Origin: Octopus sinensis
Lineage: Eukaryota
Reading direction: 5' to 3'
Length of the DNA: 64,000 nucleotides
Assembly (NCBI RefSeq): GCF_006345805.1
Contig: NC_042998.1
Location: 7,688,001 to 7,752,000, forward strand
The position numbers and the translations under genes were made by a program. Positions 50,926 to 64,000 of the stretch are shown here, in pieces. Every line of letters begins with the position of its first letter. Positions within the stretch are counted from its first letter, which is position 1. The notes below the pieces were generated by a model. The model ran no database searches. It had not been told where the DNA came from and saw only the letters and a list, made by a program, of their open reading frames with translations.

Positions 50926-51340
50926 TTCTTTTACTAGTTTCAATCATTTGACTGCGGCCATGCTGAAGCACCGCTTTGAAGGGTTTTAGTCGAACAAATC
51001 GACTCCAGGACTTATGCTTTGCGAGCCTAGTACTTATTCTATCGGTCTCTTTTGCTGAACCACTAAGTTACGGAGACGTAAACATACCAACATCTGTTGT
51101 CAAGCGACGGTGGAGGGACAAACACAAAGACACACACACATATATACATATATATACATATATATACATATATATATACGACGGGCTTCTTTCAGTTTCC
51201 GTCTACCAAATCCACTCACAAGGCTTTGGTCGGCCCAAGGCTACAGTAGAAGACACTTTCCCAAGGTGCCACGCAGTGGGACTGAACCTGGAACATGAGG
51301 CTGGAAAGCAAGCTTCTTACCACCCAGCCTCACCTGCGCC
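50926..51340 (-). mobile_element. SINE family A, full length
   Basis: Colinear A copy. Confidence 0.88.
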
Positions 51341-51734
51341 TATTACGTAATCAATGGTTTGAACCTTTTTGAAATTACAATTATAATAGAAAGAAATCCT
51401 TGTTAGATTTAGCAGCAAGACATTGAGAATACAACATGCTGTTACATCTTTTATTTGTTTCAGTCATTGAACTGCGGCCACGCTGGGGTACCGTCTGATA
51501 TACATTAAGTTTTGTTTTATATGATTATATAAGTTGAACTTTACAATGGCGTGTGAAGTCTTCCTATAATTTCTAAAACAAACTAATGACTAAGATCTAA
51601 TTCAGTAAATTACTTTCCTTAATGATAAAGATTTTTTTTCTGTCATTTCTATTCAACATTCGGTTTTCCTATCAAGCAAAAATATTGTTTGGTCAAAGTC
51701 AACATGAAGTTTTTAAAAATTTTCTGCCTTTAAC

Positions 51735-52110
51735 CCTATAACACGGAGTATAGGCCACTTATAGTTGAATTCCATGTCGCATAATTTTTCGCTTCTGTAC
51801 TTATACTCTGCCATGAATGTCCCCCTTTCTTTAGTTCCTTTTGTGTTGATCTACGTCACGAGTTCTTAGGCCTACCTCTCTTTCTATATCCATCCGGTTT
51901 CCACTGTAAAGCACTTTTCGCTACATTTGGTGTGTCTTTTCTAATTGTGCTACCAATCCACTTCCACTTTTTCTTAAATATTTGATCCCTAATCGAAACT
52001 TGATTTGTTCTTTGCCATAGCTCCATATTGTTTATGTGTTCGGGCCATCTAATTTTAGGTATACTACGCAAGCATCTGTTAATGAATGGTTGTATTTGCT
52101 TATTTGACTT
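51735..52110 (-). mobile_element. RTE-clade LINE 3' fragment
   Basis: FINRCLRSIPKIRWPEHINNMELWQRTNQ..KKKWKWIGSTIRK..ALQWKPDGYRKRGRPKNS* is a classic RTE C-terminus. Confidence 0.88.
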
Positions 52111-52859
52111 AACATGTTGAAAATGAATACTATATGAAATCAGTGGATTACATTTAACAATTAATCAAACAAGACGTCTGACATCAACTGAAGAAAAGCA
52201 CCAAATGACCTGCTACGTAAGTATTTCGGTGAAAAGGGCGACATTTATCATAACGATTGCAGTCGCTCCCAATCGAGACTGACTTGACTTGGCATCAGAA
52301 TTGCCATTCTTTTCCTAATGGATTTGGTTACCCATGTAGTCACAGCAAATACAAGCACCCTTGACCCAATAAAACGTCGATGGATTTGACAGGTAGAGAG
52401 GGTTAGAACTGCACCGGCGCCAGGTTATTTACTTATTTATTTATTGAGCCCCTAAGGGATAAAAAGCAAACTACCCTTTGGCAGAATTTGAACTATTAAT
52501 GCAACGCATTCAGTCTGGCAATCTACCGACTTAACTTACAACATATACAAAACTACATAAAAGTAAAGTTATCTACTAACTAAATTGTAACTGGACAGCA
52601 TAATGTCATTGTTTTACTTAATACAATTCGATCACAATTTCTGGACAACCGGATGCAGAACGGTGAACATATTTATAAGTATCCCTTTCATGTTTGTCAA
52701 TGTGCTGTTTCATCTCGAACTTAAATACAAAATGATTTGGACAATTAATTATCAGGTTACCAATAAGTTTTACCATGCTCCCAGTTTAGGGTTCGACTTA
52801 GAAAATGAAACAGTTGCGAACACACACACACACACACATATACACATGCATGTATATAT

Positions 52860-53722
52860 ATATATAAATATATGCATATATACATACATATATGTACATA
52901 ACTACATATATATGTATATATAGATGCATATATGGGTACAGGACATAAAAAGAACGTAGAACACGAGAAACGCAAACATAAAAACAAAAACATGGAAACG
53001 AACTATTTTTCAAAGAACGAAAAAGCAAATTACGAGACATACAACACAAGGAATATTCCCCTTCTTCAGTTGTCCCTGTTTCATCTACTCCGCGTTCGAA
53101 GGTAAAGACAAGACGCAACTTCGTTGAAACAATCCTTCCCGCAAAGCAAATTAAATAAGATTTGGGATTTTTTACGGAGGGGTAAAAGTGGTAACAAGAA
53201 CAGGACAGTAAGAACAAAACAAGACAGTAAAAACAAAAGCAAAGACAGTAAAAGACAGGACAAGGAGAATAACACAGTAAAAACAAACGATGTGGGCTGT
53301 TAAGTCGAGACGATGGAAAAATTATTCTGAATGCTTGAGGAGACAGCTTATGAGACAGACAGGATAAGCGGTCTTGGTGAAGATAGCATTTGGAAAGATG
53401 GCTTCCCTCTGATCACGTGTCAGTGACGAGAGAGTCGAGGAGGAGGAGTATGAGAGAGGGAACGGTGAAGGGGAGAGGAAAAGAATAGAGAAGGGTGGGA
53501 GAGAAAACCAGAAAGGATGAAAAACAAGAGGGAGAGAGATAGACAGAGGAGAAATAGTAAAAGTGAAGAGTGCGCATCATAATTATTAAGATAAAACTTA
53601 CTTGGAAAAGGATGCGTGGCGTTCGATCATATTATAATATAAGTAATATATAAATATATGCATACATATATGTACATACCTACATCTATATGTATATATA
53701 CATGCATATATGGGTACAGGAC
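52860..53722. mobile_element. Repeat bounded by ~75-bp direct repeats (possible PLE-type partial tandem)
   Basis: TATATAAATATATGCATA..TATGTACATA.CTACAT.TATATGTATATATA.ATGCATATATGGGTACAGGAC at ~52861-52944 and ~53648-53722. Confidence 0.5.
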
Positions 53723-53881
53723 TGTTTCGAATTTGTTTGAATGAGTATAGAATAATATATCAGTTGAATAAAGTTAAAACAGTCTGATTTTAACGTTTTC
53801 TTTTTAATCATGGTATTTTAACAAAATTAGCGCTTTCATACATAGTATAATCATCAAATTTCAAATGTGTTTAAAGTGTAA

Positions 53882-54211
53882 AGACTCCGTTCGGTCATGA
53901 ATGACCATGGGATTACACCTAGAAAGTTACCCTCCGAGGTACAAGTCCGGGCAAGGTTGTTTATGGAAGACCAGCAGTAATCCATGTACACCAGCCTTCC
54001 CTTTCCATGCTACTGATGTTATCCAAGGGAAAGGCAAAGGGGCCGATACAGCTTAGCACCTGTGATGTCGCAACTCATTTCTACAGCGGAGTGAACTGGA
54101 GCAACAGGAAATAAAGTGTCTTGCTCAAGATCATAAAACGCAGCAGCCCGGTCCAGGAATCAAACTCGCTACATCATGATTGGGAATCCGACACACTAAC
54201 CACTGAGCCAT
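53882..54211 (-). mobile_element. SINE family C, same tail as 24278-24615
   Basis: The reverse complement is colinear with 24278-24615. Confidence 0.88.
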
Positions 54212-54674
54212 ACTATAACATTCAGGCAAATTCATTCGGAGATGACTAACAGTAATTACTCATGCTAAATCTATGCTCACCCCATCAAAAATAGAAAAAA
54301 AATCTAGTGCCTATGTCAGGATGGCATGCAAATTAATGGATTAACTAGGTTATCATTAACATCAGTTGAGTGATATAAAATTTGAAGGCTCCAGTTTTGT
54401 TCATTAACTCAATTATCAAGATTAATTAAAAGTAACTTTTGTGTTTCACGACTGCGTTCTGAAATTCAGTTTCCAAAGGACGAAAGAAACTACGATGATA
54501 CTGACAAACAGTTAATCCTAATACTGTCTTGGTAGTCTGATATCGATAAACATTGATATCTATACCCGTGGTGGTGGTGTATCTCCGCCGTCCGACGAAG
54601 AAGATTCAGTTGTTTGAACTACTGAATTACCTGCTCCTGAATTAACATGTAAGCGACTGAATATTTCATAGACA

Positions 54675-54908
54675 TCTCTTTTACTCTTTACTCTTTTATT
54701 TTTTTCAGTCATTTGACTGCGACCACGCTGGAGCACCGCCTTTAGTCGTACAAATCGATCCCAGGACTTATTCTTTGTAAGTCTACTACTTATTGGATCG
54801 GTCTATTTTGGTGAACCACTAAGTTACAGGGACGTAAACACACCAGCATCGGTTGTCAAACGATGGGGGACGGGGCAAACACAGACACAAAAACATATAC
54901 ATACATGC

Positions 54909-54988
<80 letters not shown>

Positions 54989-55150
54989 GACGGTATTCTT
55001 TCAGTTTCCGTCTACCAAATCTACTCACAAGGCTTTGGTCGGCCCAATACTATAGTCGAAGACATTTGCTCAAGGTGCAACGCAGTGGGACTGAACCCGG
55101 AGCCATATGGTTGAGAAGCAAGCTTCTTACCACACAGCCATTCCAACGCC
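54675..55150 (-). mobile_element. SINE family A nested in an old SINE-C tail
   Basis: Colinear A copy. Flanks 54580-54675 and 55155-55235 resemble the 33336-33520 tail. Confidence 0.85.
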
Positions 55151-56356
55151 TATGTGTGCACCGTTAATATGATTTTCAGGCAACACCAATGTGACATACT
55201 ATATGACAAGGTTGTGCCCTTTGAATTACAGATATGAACTCTCTGACAGGCTTCTATTTCGTTTTTGTCTACCAGACTTAACTCACAAGGTATTGCTTGA
55301 CTCGTGGTATGCAAAACTGGCAATTTTTCAGGATGCCATGCAGTGGAATCGAACCCGGTATCTCGTGGTTGCGAAATGAACTTTTAAATCATTCGGTTAT
55401 CCTGCGCCTATTCATATACCAGTAGGCACCAGAGAAAAGAAAAAGGAAAAAACAGTCAGTGTGAGTGATTCTACTGGGATTTTCGACGTGCTAGCAGGCT
55501 GAGGGACAGAATCTCTATCAAATTACTTTCTGTCGTGAAAATGAAAAGACATTAAAAAATCAACAATACAGGGAAAAGACAGGACGGTCACGCTGGAGAG
55601 CCTCGATCAACGATCTGATTTTTCAGGACTTACATAAAAAGCAACCACAACAAAATCACTTTTGAAGAATACTACCGCTCGAAGCCAAATGATGTCAAAT
55701 ATTAATGTTTTTTTTTTTATCATCATCATTTTTTACTGCTCATATGTTACTTGAAAATAGTTTAGATTCCTTAGGGTTAAGTATTTCACAAATCATAATT
55801 TTTTATCCTCATCCTATCCTCGACGTGACGAAGAATGTTTAAACAAATATTTCAAATTTATATTAAGAAATCTGAGTTATAAAACGGAATCGAAAATCTG
55901 TTCTCAGCGTATCCAATGACAACCACACCCTACTTTCGCCAGCTTTCTCTCTAATAATTATCACGGTAACCAATTGTTTCGCCTATCTTACAGTTTTTTT
56001 TCACACCTGCTTAACTACTTAATCTTTTCAGGTCCTCATCATCGTATTGTTGTCATACTCAATATAAATATCAGACTTCTTTTTCTAACCATTAATTAAC
56101 TCCCAAGATGCTGCTCTTATTGAATAAGCTACCTAATTAATTTCAAGAGAATGATCAAATCTTAAGTATATACGCAGACGTGTTTGTATAAATAGCAACA
56201 GAGAGACAAATATACGAAAGTATAGTGGAGGTATACGTACGAATATGCATTGGATATAACTCTACTTTCGTCTACATTCCAATTTTTTTATTACGATATT
56301 ATGTAACAATCGTGATACAGTCGCTCAAAAGTCGAAAACCACAACTTGTATGCATA

Positions 56357-56747
56357 TACTCTTTACTCTCTTTTACGCTTTTACTTGTTTCAGTCATGTG
56401 ACTGTGGCCATGCTGGAGCACCATCTTCAGTCGAGCAAATCGACCCCAGGGCTTATTCTTTGTAAGCCTAGTACTTATTCTATCGGTCTCTGGCCGAACC
56501 GCTATGTTACGGGGGACATAAACACACCAGGATCGGTTGTCAAGCGATGTTGGGGGAGGGTGGACAAACACAAATACACACACATATATATATACATATA
56601 TAAGACGGGCTTCTTTCAGTTTCCCAAGGCTTTGGTTGGCCCGAGGCTATAGTAGTAGACACTTGCCCAAGGTGCCATGCAGAGGGACTGAACCCGGAAC
56701 CATGTGGTTGGTAAGCAAACTACTTACCACACAGCCACTCCTACGCC
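56357..56747 (-). mobile_element. SINE family A
   Basis: Colinear A copy. Confidence 0.88.
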
Positions 56748-56832
56748 TATATATAACATTTTCCAATGCTAATATACTTATATATTTCTTTGTATCTTTC
56801 CAAGTTAGTGTTTTTGTGCCTGTATCTTCCAT

Positions 56833-57230
56833 CTTTCTTTTACTTGTTTCAGTCATTAAACAACGGCCATACTGCAGCCATCACCTTGAAGGTTTAACCG
56901 AACAAATTGACCCCAGGATTTATTTTTAAAAGCTTGGTACTTGTTCTATCAATCTGTCTTGCCGAACCACCAAGTTACGGTGATATAAACAAACCAATAC
57001 CAAGTTACGGTGATATAAACAAACCAAGTCCGCATCATCCAGTGGTGGTGGGACAAAAGTATACACGCGCGTGAGCACACATTGGCCTCTTTCACTTTCA
57101 GTCCATTAAATCCACTCATAAGGCATTGGTCACTGTGGTTATAGTAGAAGGCACTTGCCCATGGTCTCAGGCAGTGGGACTGAACCCAGAGCCATGTACT
57201 TGGTAAGTAAACTTCATACGACACAGATCC
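56833..57230 (-). mobile_element. SINE family A, diverged, with an internal ~30-bp duplication
   Basis: CCAAGTTACGGTGATATAAACAAACCAA occurs twice. Confidence 0.75.
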
Positions 57231-57243
57231 GTCTATATAGTGA

Positions 57244-57607
57244 CTAGCAGTATCGCCCGGCGTTGCTCAGGTTTGTAAGGGAAATAACTATAAAGCATTT
57301 TTAAAGAGTTATAGCCAAAAAATAGAAAAAAAATGATGGTAAATTTTTTTTCAGAGTTAAAAAAGGTGGAGTTGCGTCCCCTAGACGGTCTGTGGTTTGG
57401 GTTTCTGATTCTCGACCCCATGTCGAATTTATCGATTTTTTTCAGAACTGGGGGAACTTTTCAAAATTTTCGCTGCGTTAGTTTTGAATTATGACATTGG
57501 GCTATGTGTGTGTCAAGTTTCATCAGAATCGGTTGAAAGCCGTGGTCAGGGTGAGGGTACAACCTGACAGACACACACAGACAAACTGCCGTTTATATAG
57601 AGAGAGA
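57244..57607 (-). mobile_element. Non-autonomous Helitron
   Basis: Minus strand A|TCTCTCTCTATATAAACGGC..(GTCT/GT)n..CCTGAGCAACGCCGGG hairpin..CTGCTAG|T. It has a 5' TC, a 3' CTAG, an A|T target and no TSD. Confidence 0.85.
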
Positions 57608-57974
57608 TATATAAGCGTACAAGTGTGTGTGTGTGTGTGTGTGTGTAGATATGTGCGTCTGTAGCCACGTATTTTTATGTCTTGTGTGTCCAGTGTATTC
57701 GCATCTTTATTTTTGTTTTTTTTTTTTCAATTTTTTATATTTCTCAACGATTTGCTCTCTAAATATTTCATCCCGTTTCAGTCTCCGTGTTTTTTTTTCT
57801 TTCCTTTACCAAATAAAGGCGAAATATCTATACACTATTTCCCATGAGGCGCATCGAGTCACAAATGTAAACATACACAAATTCAATTTCCTCTCTGATT
57901 TTCCATACACATGTGCTGCTACAAATCGTCACAAGTATATACATTAAATAAATATAACTTTGTATACGCACACA

Positions 57975-57977
57975 TGA

Positions 57978-58049
<72 letters not shown>

Positions 58050-58767
58050 GTATGTATATATGTATATATATGTATGTATGTATGTATATATGTATATATA
58101 TGTATGTATATATATATGTATATATGTATATATATATATGTATATGTATATATATGTATATATATATGTATATATGTATATAATATGTATATATATTATA
58201 TATGTATATGTATATATATATGTATATATATGTATATATATATGTATATATATGTATATATAATGCATATATAATATAGTATATATATATGTATATTATA
58301 TGTATATATATGTATATATATATGTATATATGTATATATATATGTATATATATATATATGTATATATGTATATATATATGTATATATATATATATGTATA
58401 GATGATATATATATGTATATATATGTATATATATATGCTATATATATATGTATATATAGTGTATTATATATGTATATATATGTATATGTATATAATATGT
58501 ATATCTATGTATGTATTTATGTATGTATGTATTTATGTAGTATGTATTTATGTATGTATGTATATATGTATGTATTTATATATGTATATATATGCATGTA
58601 TGTATATATGTATGTATGTATATATGTATGTATATATGTAGTATATTTATGTATGTATGTATTATGTATATGTATGTATTTATATATGTATATATATATG
58701 CATGTATGTATATATGTATGTATTATAATATATATATATGTAATATGTATGTATATATATATGTATG

Positions 58768-58798
<31 letters not shown>

Positions 58799-58865
58799 GT
58801 ATGTATATATATATATATGTATATATATATATGTATATATATATATGTATGTATATATATATATG

Positions 58866-58905
<40 letters not shown>

Positions 58906-58998
58906 TATGTATATATATATGTGTATATATATGTATGTATATATATATATGTATGTATATATGTATGTATATATATATATATGTATGTATATGTATGT

Positions 58999-59038
<40 letters not shown>

Positions 59039-59161
59039 GTATATATATATGTATATATATGTATATATATATGTATATATATATATGTATATATGTATGT
59101 ATATATATATGTATATGTATGTATGTATGTATATATGTATATATATATGTATATGCGTGTG

Positions 59162-59199
<38 letters not shown>

Positions 59200-59285
59200 A
59201 TACATGCGTTTCTGTGTTTCTGTGTAAAATATGTAAATCCATATATATATATAATATATATATATATATGTGTGTGTGTGTGGAT
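57975..59285. repeat. ~1.3-kb degenerate (TA)n/(TATG)n microsatellite
   Basis: Direct inspection. It is the source of the long Y/I/M/C/V ORFs. Confidence 0.97.
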
Positions 59286-59732
59286 TTACTTATGCTTTTG
59301 ACCGTTGTCAGGCTATCATGTTTGTATTTATTTATGGTAAATCCCTGTGGTATCTGTTTTCTTAGCAACCCGTGTATTTTCTGATTATAAATTCTACTGT
59401 ATTTTTGGCATATTTTTAATGCGAAGCCCATACGAAAACTTAGTACATTTTCTGTTATTGCTTCAAAACATAAATCTATTGCAATATGTTTTGAATACTG
59501 GGTCATGTTGTCGCTGTTGTTTACACATGCATCATCTCTGATCAAAAAGACCCAAGATTAAAGACATTCTAACCGTTACCGCCCTTGGCAGATAATCTAG
59601 GGACAATTGTGTAACGTGTCCTTCTTTTCTGTGGTGGAAGGATGTGATTTACGGTAACCTTGCTTACTATTTCTAAGTGAACGACAAACCGCGTAGGGGT
59701 TCCTTCGTTAGATCGTTTTCAAATGAATAATA

Positions 59733-59766
<34 letters not shown>

Positions 59767-59767
<1 letters not shown>

Positions 59768-60082
59768 TTTTTGTTTCACCCTTTTCAAGCCTAGCCAGGC
59801 TCATGGCCCCGGTTTCCCGGTTTCTGTGGCGTATGTGTCCCCCCCCCAGCTGGACAGGATGTCAATCTATCACAGCGTTACTCAAGAAACAGGAAGAGAG
59901 AGTGAGAGAAAGTTGGGGTGATGAAAGAGTACAACAGGTGTCGCCACCATCCCTGCGGGAGCCTCGGGAGCTTTTTAGGGTTTTCGCGCAATAAACACAC
60001 ACAACGCCCGGTCTGGGAATCGAAACCGCGATTCCTCCGACCGCGAGTCCGCTGCCCTAACCAATGGGCCATTGCGCCTCAC
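59767..60082 (-). mobile_element. SINE family D (tRNA-Arg-like head, V-SINE-like tail) inserted in (AAT)n
   Basis: GGCGCAATGGCCCATTGGTTAGGGCAGCGGACTCGCGG..GGTTTCGATTCCC head and GATAGATTGACATCCTGTCCAG..CAGAAACCGGGAAACCGG tail. Confidence 0.8.
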
Positions 60083-60084
60083 AC

Positions 60085-60116
<32 letters not shown>

Positions 60117-60117
<1 letters not shown>

Positions 60118-60285
60118 TCTTTCTATTATAGGCTCAAAACTTGAAATTTTGAGGGAGGGGGATAGTCCATTACATCGACCCAGTACTCTTCGAATTCGGA
60201 AGAATGAAAGACAAAGTCGACCTCGGCGATATTTTAATTTAGAACGTAAAGCCGAAAGAAATGCCACTAAGCATTTTGTCAGGAT
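60117..60285 (-). mobile_element. SINE-B, diverged
   Basis: GAATGAAAGACAAAGTCGACCTCGGCG. Confidence 0.75.
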
Positions 60286-60363
60286 AATAATAATAATAAT
60301 AATAGTAACAATAATAATAATAATGATGATAAAAATAATAATAATAATAATAAATAAAAATAA

Positions 60364-60394
<31 letters not shown>

Positions 60395-60417
60395 AGTAAT
60401 AATATTAATAATAATAA

Positions 60418-60560
60418 CTAGGCACTGCACATATCCTACGCAGAACACTTTCCATACAATAACCATCAGAGCATCACAACAAATCACAGCACATACCCAA
60501 GGCACACAGAGCTGCGCTCGGTAGTGAAGTGAAAGCACGCTATAAAAATAAAACTACTGA
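60418..60560 (+). mobile_element. R4/Dong-clade LINE 3' end in a (TAA)n array
   Basis: Encodes LGTAHILRRTLSIQ* (60418-60462), the typical R4/Dong C-terminus, followed by a short 3' UTR. Flanked on both sides by (TAA)n. Confidence 0.8.
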
Positions 60561-60654
60561 ATAATAATCACAATAATAATTATAATAATAATAATAATAA
60601 TAATAATGAAAATAATAATAATAATAATAATAAAAATAATAATAATAGTAATAA

Positions 60655-60830
60655 TTCTTTCTACTTTAGGCACAAGGCCTGGATGACCTCAGTACTCCAC
60701 TGGTACTTACTTTATCGACCTCGAAAGGATGAAAGGCAAAGTCGTCCTCGGCGGAATTTGAACTCGGAACGTAAGGACGGACGAAATGCTACTGAACATT
60801 TTGTCCGACATGCTAACGATTCTGTCATCT
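60655..60830 (-). mobile_element. SINE-B
   Basis: CTGGTACTTACTTTATCGACCTCGAAAGGATGAAAGGCAAAGTCG. Confidence 0.8.
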
Positions 60831-61920
60831 TCCCAACAGAGCATGAGAGTTAGGAAGATTTGCTATACTTTCTTCAATCCTAACATGTATTCGATAATTA
60901 ACTTGATTAAATCTAAGTAGATTTATTTCTTCGTTAAGGGACACAATAGAAGGACCACAATGGGGAAGAAGGAATTGAAAACGAATGGGATTTCCATTGC
61001 CAGAATATCAAATTTTAGAAAGTGCTTACTAAATTAAGACACGGATTGCTGATATGGCTTGTTCCAACTTGGGAGTAAAATAAACAAGCTTTTAAAAACA
61101 AACGTATGAGTGATATGAAAGAATACAGAACAGAGTTATGTCTGTCAGGGAGAGAAACCCTACCATGGGATTACTTGATGATATTAAGTGTTTTTAAGGA
61201 ACCTATCCGTGAGAAAACTCTCCGTGTGAAGTATCTCCAGTTAAAGAGGGTGTATCGTGTCACAGACTTAAAGACCTATGGCTAATAAGCTCAGATCTCA
61301 AAAAGGAGACTGACAGGCCTGTATATGTAACACAAGTGTTTCAATATCAGACATTACAAGCAGACGATATTCCTAACGTCAGGAGACTTAAATTGTCATG
61401 TATATATGTTTACAAGATGTGCTTAAATTATATCTGCTACTAACTCCTACTAAGTACTTATACTGGGAAAGCAAAAACAAAAAAAAAATGTAGATGACTG
61501 ATACTTGAAAATCTGCAATCATTAGCAAATTCCCCCGTCTCCAATAAATCGTATAGTTATTCTCAAGACAGTTTTAAGAAGTATTAATGGCGAATTTATA
61601 AGATATGGGTGTATATACGCATATATGGCTCAGTATAACCATAACAAATTAAAAGTTTTAAAAATTTTATATCAGAATAAATATTTTAGACGGATTTACG
61701 TAGACATATGCAATCAACATGAATAATAGAGATATCAACGTATACCTCTTTGTATTCACAAAATATATTAATGCACACAAGAATATTGTAACAACCACGG
61801 GAGACAAGAAAACAAAGAACAACTTAAATGAAACGAATGCATTTAAATGTTGCCCCGGTGCTACTATAAGTCTGTTACAAACGATGTTACAACACTAGAA
61901 GCAATTACACCAAGATTATA

Positions 61921-62134
61921 TCTCTTTACTCTTTTACTTGTTTCAGTCATTTGACTGCGGCCAAGCTGGAGCACTGCCTTTAGTCGAGCAACTTGACCCC
62001 GGGACTTATTCTTTTTTTGTAAGCCCAGTACTTATTCTATCGGTCTCTTTTTGCCGAACCGCTAAGTGACGGGGACGTAAACACACCAGTATCGGTTGTC
62101 AAGCAATGCTAGGGGGACAAACACAGACACACAA

Positions 62135-62190
<56 letters not shown>

Positions 62191-62352
62191 GACAGGCTTC
62201 TTTCAGTTTCCGTCTACCAAATCCACTCACAAGACATTGCTCGGCCCGGGGCTATAGCAGAAGACACTTGCCCAAGATGCCACGCAGTGGGACTGAACCC
62301 GGAACCATGTGGTTGATTAGCAAGCTACTTACCACACAGACACTCCTGCGCC
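61921..62352 (-). mobile_element. SINE family A, full length
   Basis: Colinear A copy. Confidence 0.92.
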
Positions 62353-63634
62353 TATATGTGTACTGGACAAAGAAACCCAGATTAGATAATATATATTACG
62401 TCACATGGTCAATATCAAACATTCTATAACGAAGCTGCTGGTTGACGTATTTACAAAATGGAACTGTTCTAGTTTATTTTGTTATACTGAAAGTACGAGA
62501 TACTAGTATTATTGATAATACAAATTGTATTAATAATGACAGTGATATCAATGTTGGCGATAAGCATAATCGTATTTCATTTTATAATAGTTCAAACTTT
62601 AAAAGCTCTGGACGAGATAATATGCTTTTTATCTATTTCATCATCGACAAGAAATCTGGCCTCTAGTTTTGAAATAGTTCAGCCACATTCCTGGGGAGAG
62701 ACCAGAAAGTCGATAACACATGTATCATCAGTATCATATGAAGTTAACTGTAACAAATTAAATTTACTACAACGAATATAAGTGTCAACGTTGATTAATG
62801 AACATTGTCAACAATGTATAAAGGGAAATCCAATATTATAATTTATCAGTAAGCGATAGGAGTGAGTTAAATAATCTTTTTTTTTTTTTGCGCTCGCGTA
62901 ATCACAACAATGGAGAATTTGAGATATACAAAAGGTAAGTATCATTAAGGGAAAGGAAACGATTATAAGAATAGAATTTATTGATATACCCTACGTAGCG
63001 CAACAAGTAAAATAACCTAGATAACAGAGATAACCTTTGCAGAAAAATGAAGGAAAATATGTCCCGAACGGCAAATAAGTACAGTATAACAATGAACAAT
63101 CGCAGTAGCAAACAATGATGTTCTGTAAACAAAACAAGAGATAATATTCACTTTAAATGATAACGTAAAAGGTCCAATAACAGGGCAAAACTATTCTCTC
63201 AAAACTATACACCTTTAAAAGCAACCTGCTTAAATTCAATAGGACAATACGTTGTTAGAGCATAATTGATAAGCTACATCAGTAAAAAAGAGAATTCGAA
63301 ACATTTTAGAAATTGGACAAATGCCATGTTGTATTTGTTCCAGTTGATGGCCATTTTCTTGCACTTGAGATCATGGCACTCTCACATTCCTAAGCCTGCT
63401 GTATTTGTTCCATTCTGATCCATAAGTGTGGTCAGTACAAAACGAAGTTAATAGTTTTTTGTGTGTTTTTAAATGGATAATATGTGCCTTCCATGCTGCA
63501 ATCATGTGAAATCATTTACGAGCGTGTTCAGTGATCTGCTAATATATGAGTGCTTATGGGTGAGTATGTGTGTGCATCCTGAAGTCGTTGTTGCTCTCCT
63601 GGTGTAGTTTCTTGGTATTGTGAATCAGCGGTTT

Positions 63635-63850
63635 ATGTGTCTGTGTTTGTCCCCCCACAACCACCATCGCTTGACAACCGATGCTGGTGTGTTTACATCC
63701 CCGTAAGCTAGCGGTTCGGCAAAAGAGACCGATAGAATAATTACTAGGCTTACAAAGAATAAGCTCTGGGGTCAATTTGCTCGACTGAAGGCGGTGCTCC
63801 AGCATGGCCGCAGTCAAATGACTGAAACAGGTAAAAGAATAAAAGAAGAA
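63635..63850 (+). mobile_element. SINE family A, 3' half
   Basis: TGTCTGTGTTTGTCCCC..CAGTCAAATGACTGAAACAGGTAAAAG. Confidence 0.88.
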
Positions 63851-64000
63851 TGCATAATTCTCTTTTTAGAGAGTATCTCGAATTACTTAAATATTTAAAT
63901 TAGCTTTGGTGACAGTCATATAGTTTTGCCCAAATCAATGCTACCACCAGTCGCCAGATTTAAATGCAATATGCAAATAATTTTCCATAAGAAACACGTT

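Noticed and set aside
53040-53100. CTGAAGA followed by a hairpin on the minus strand as a hammerhead
   Set aside because: No GAAA/NUH or stem I in the required positions.
58413-59545. Longest ORFs (323 and 342 aa)
   Set aside because: They are translations of TA/TG microsatellite (Y/I/M/C/V/H/T only).
63330-63630. Possible transposase fragment (AWKAH..)
   Set aside because: The similarity is too weak to assign.

Overview
AT-rich, non-coding, repeat-saturated eukaryotic DNA. The SINE families and microsatellite style look like an Octopus/cephalopod genome (inferred from recognition, not a search). The only well-supported host-gene piece is one minus-strand 165-nt exon (971-1135) encoding a thrombospondin type-1 repeat of ADAMTS/ADAMTS-like type, so most of the window is probably intron or upstream sequence of that gene. 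The rest is about 50 copies of four tRNA-derived SINE families, decayed LINEs (CR1/L2-like, RTE, Tx1-like, R4/Dong), a non-autonomous Helitron, MITEs and microsatellites. The most interesting signal is a set of Penelope-like element (PLE) remnants carrying type-I minimal hammerhead ribozyme motifs. One apparently intact ribozyme is present twice, on opposite strands, in a 168-bp near-perfect palindrome (36448-36873). Also notable: two locally duplicated inverted blocks, one of which preserves a SINE empty site, and a 184-bp-period array of self-nested SINEs. Nearly all ORFs in the supplied track are artefacts of microsatellites or SINEs. Repeat boundaries were read by eye and are approximate.
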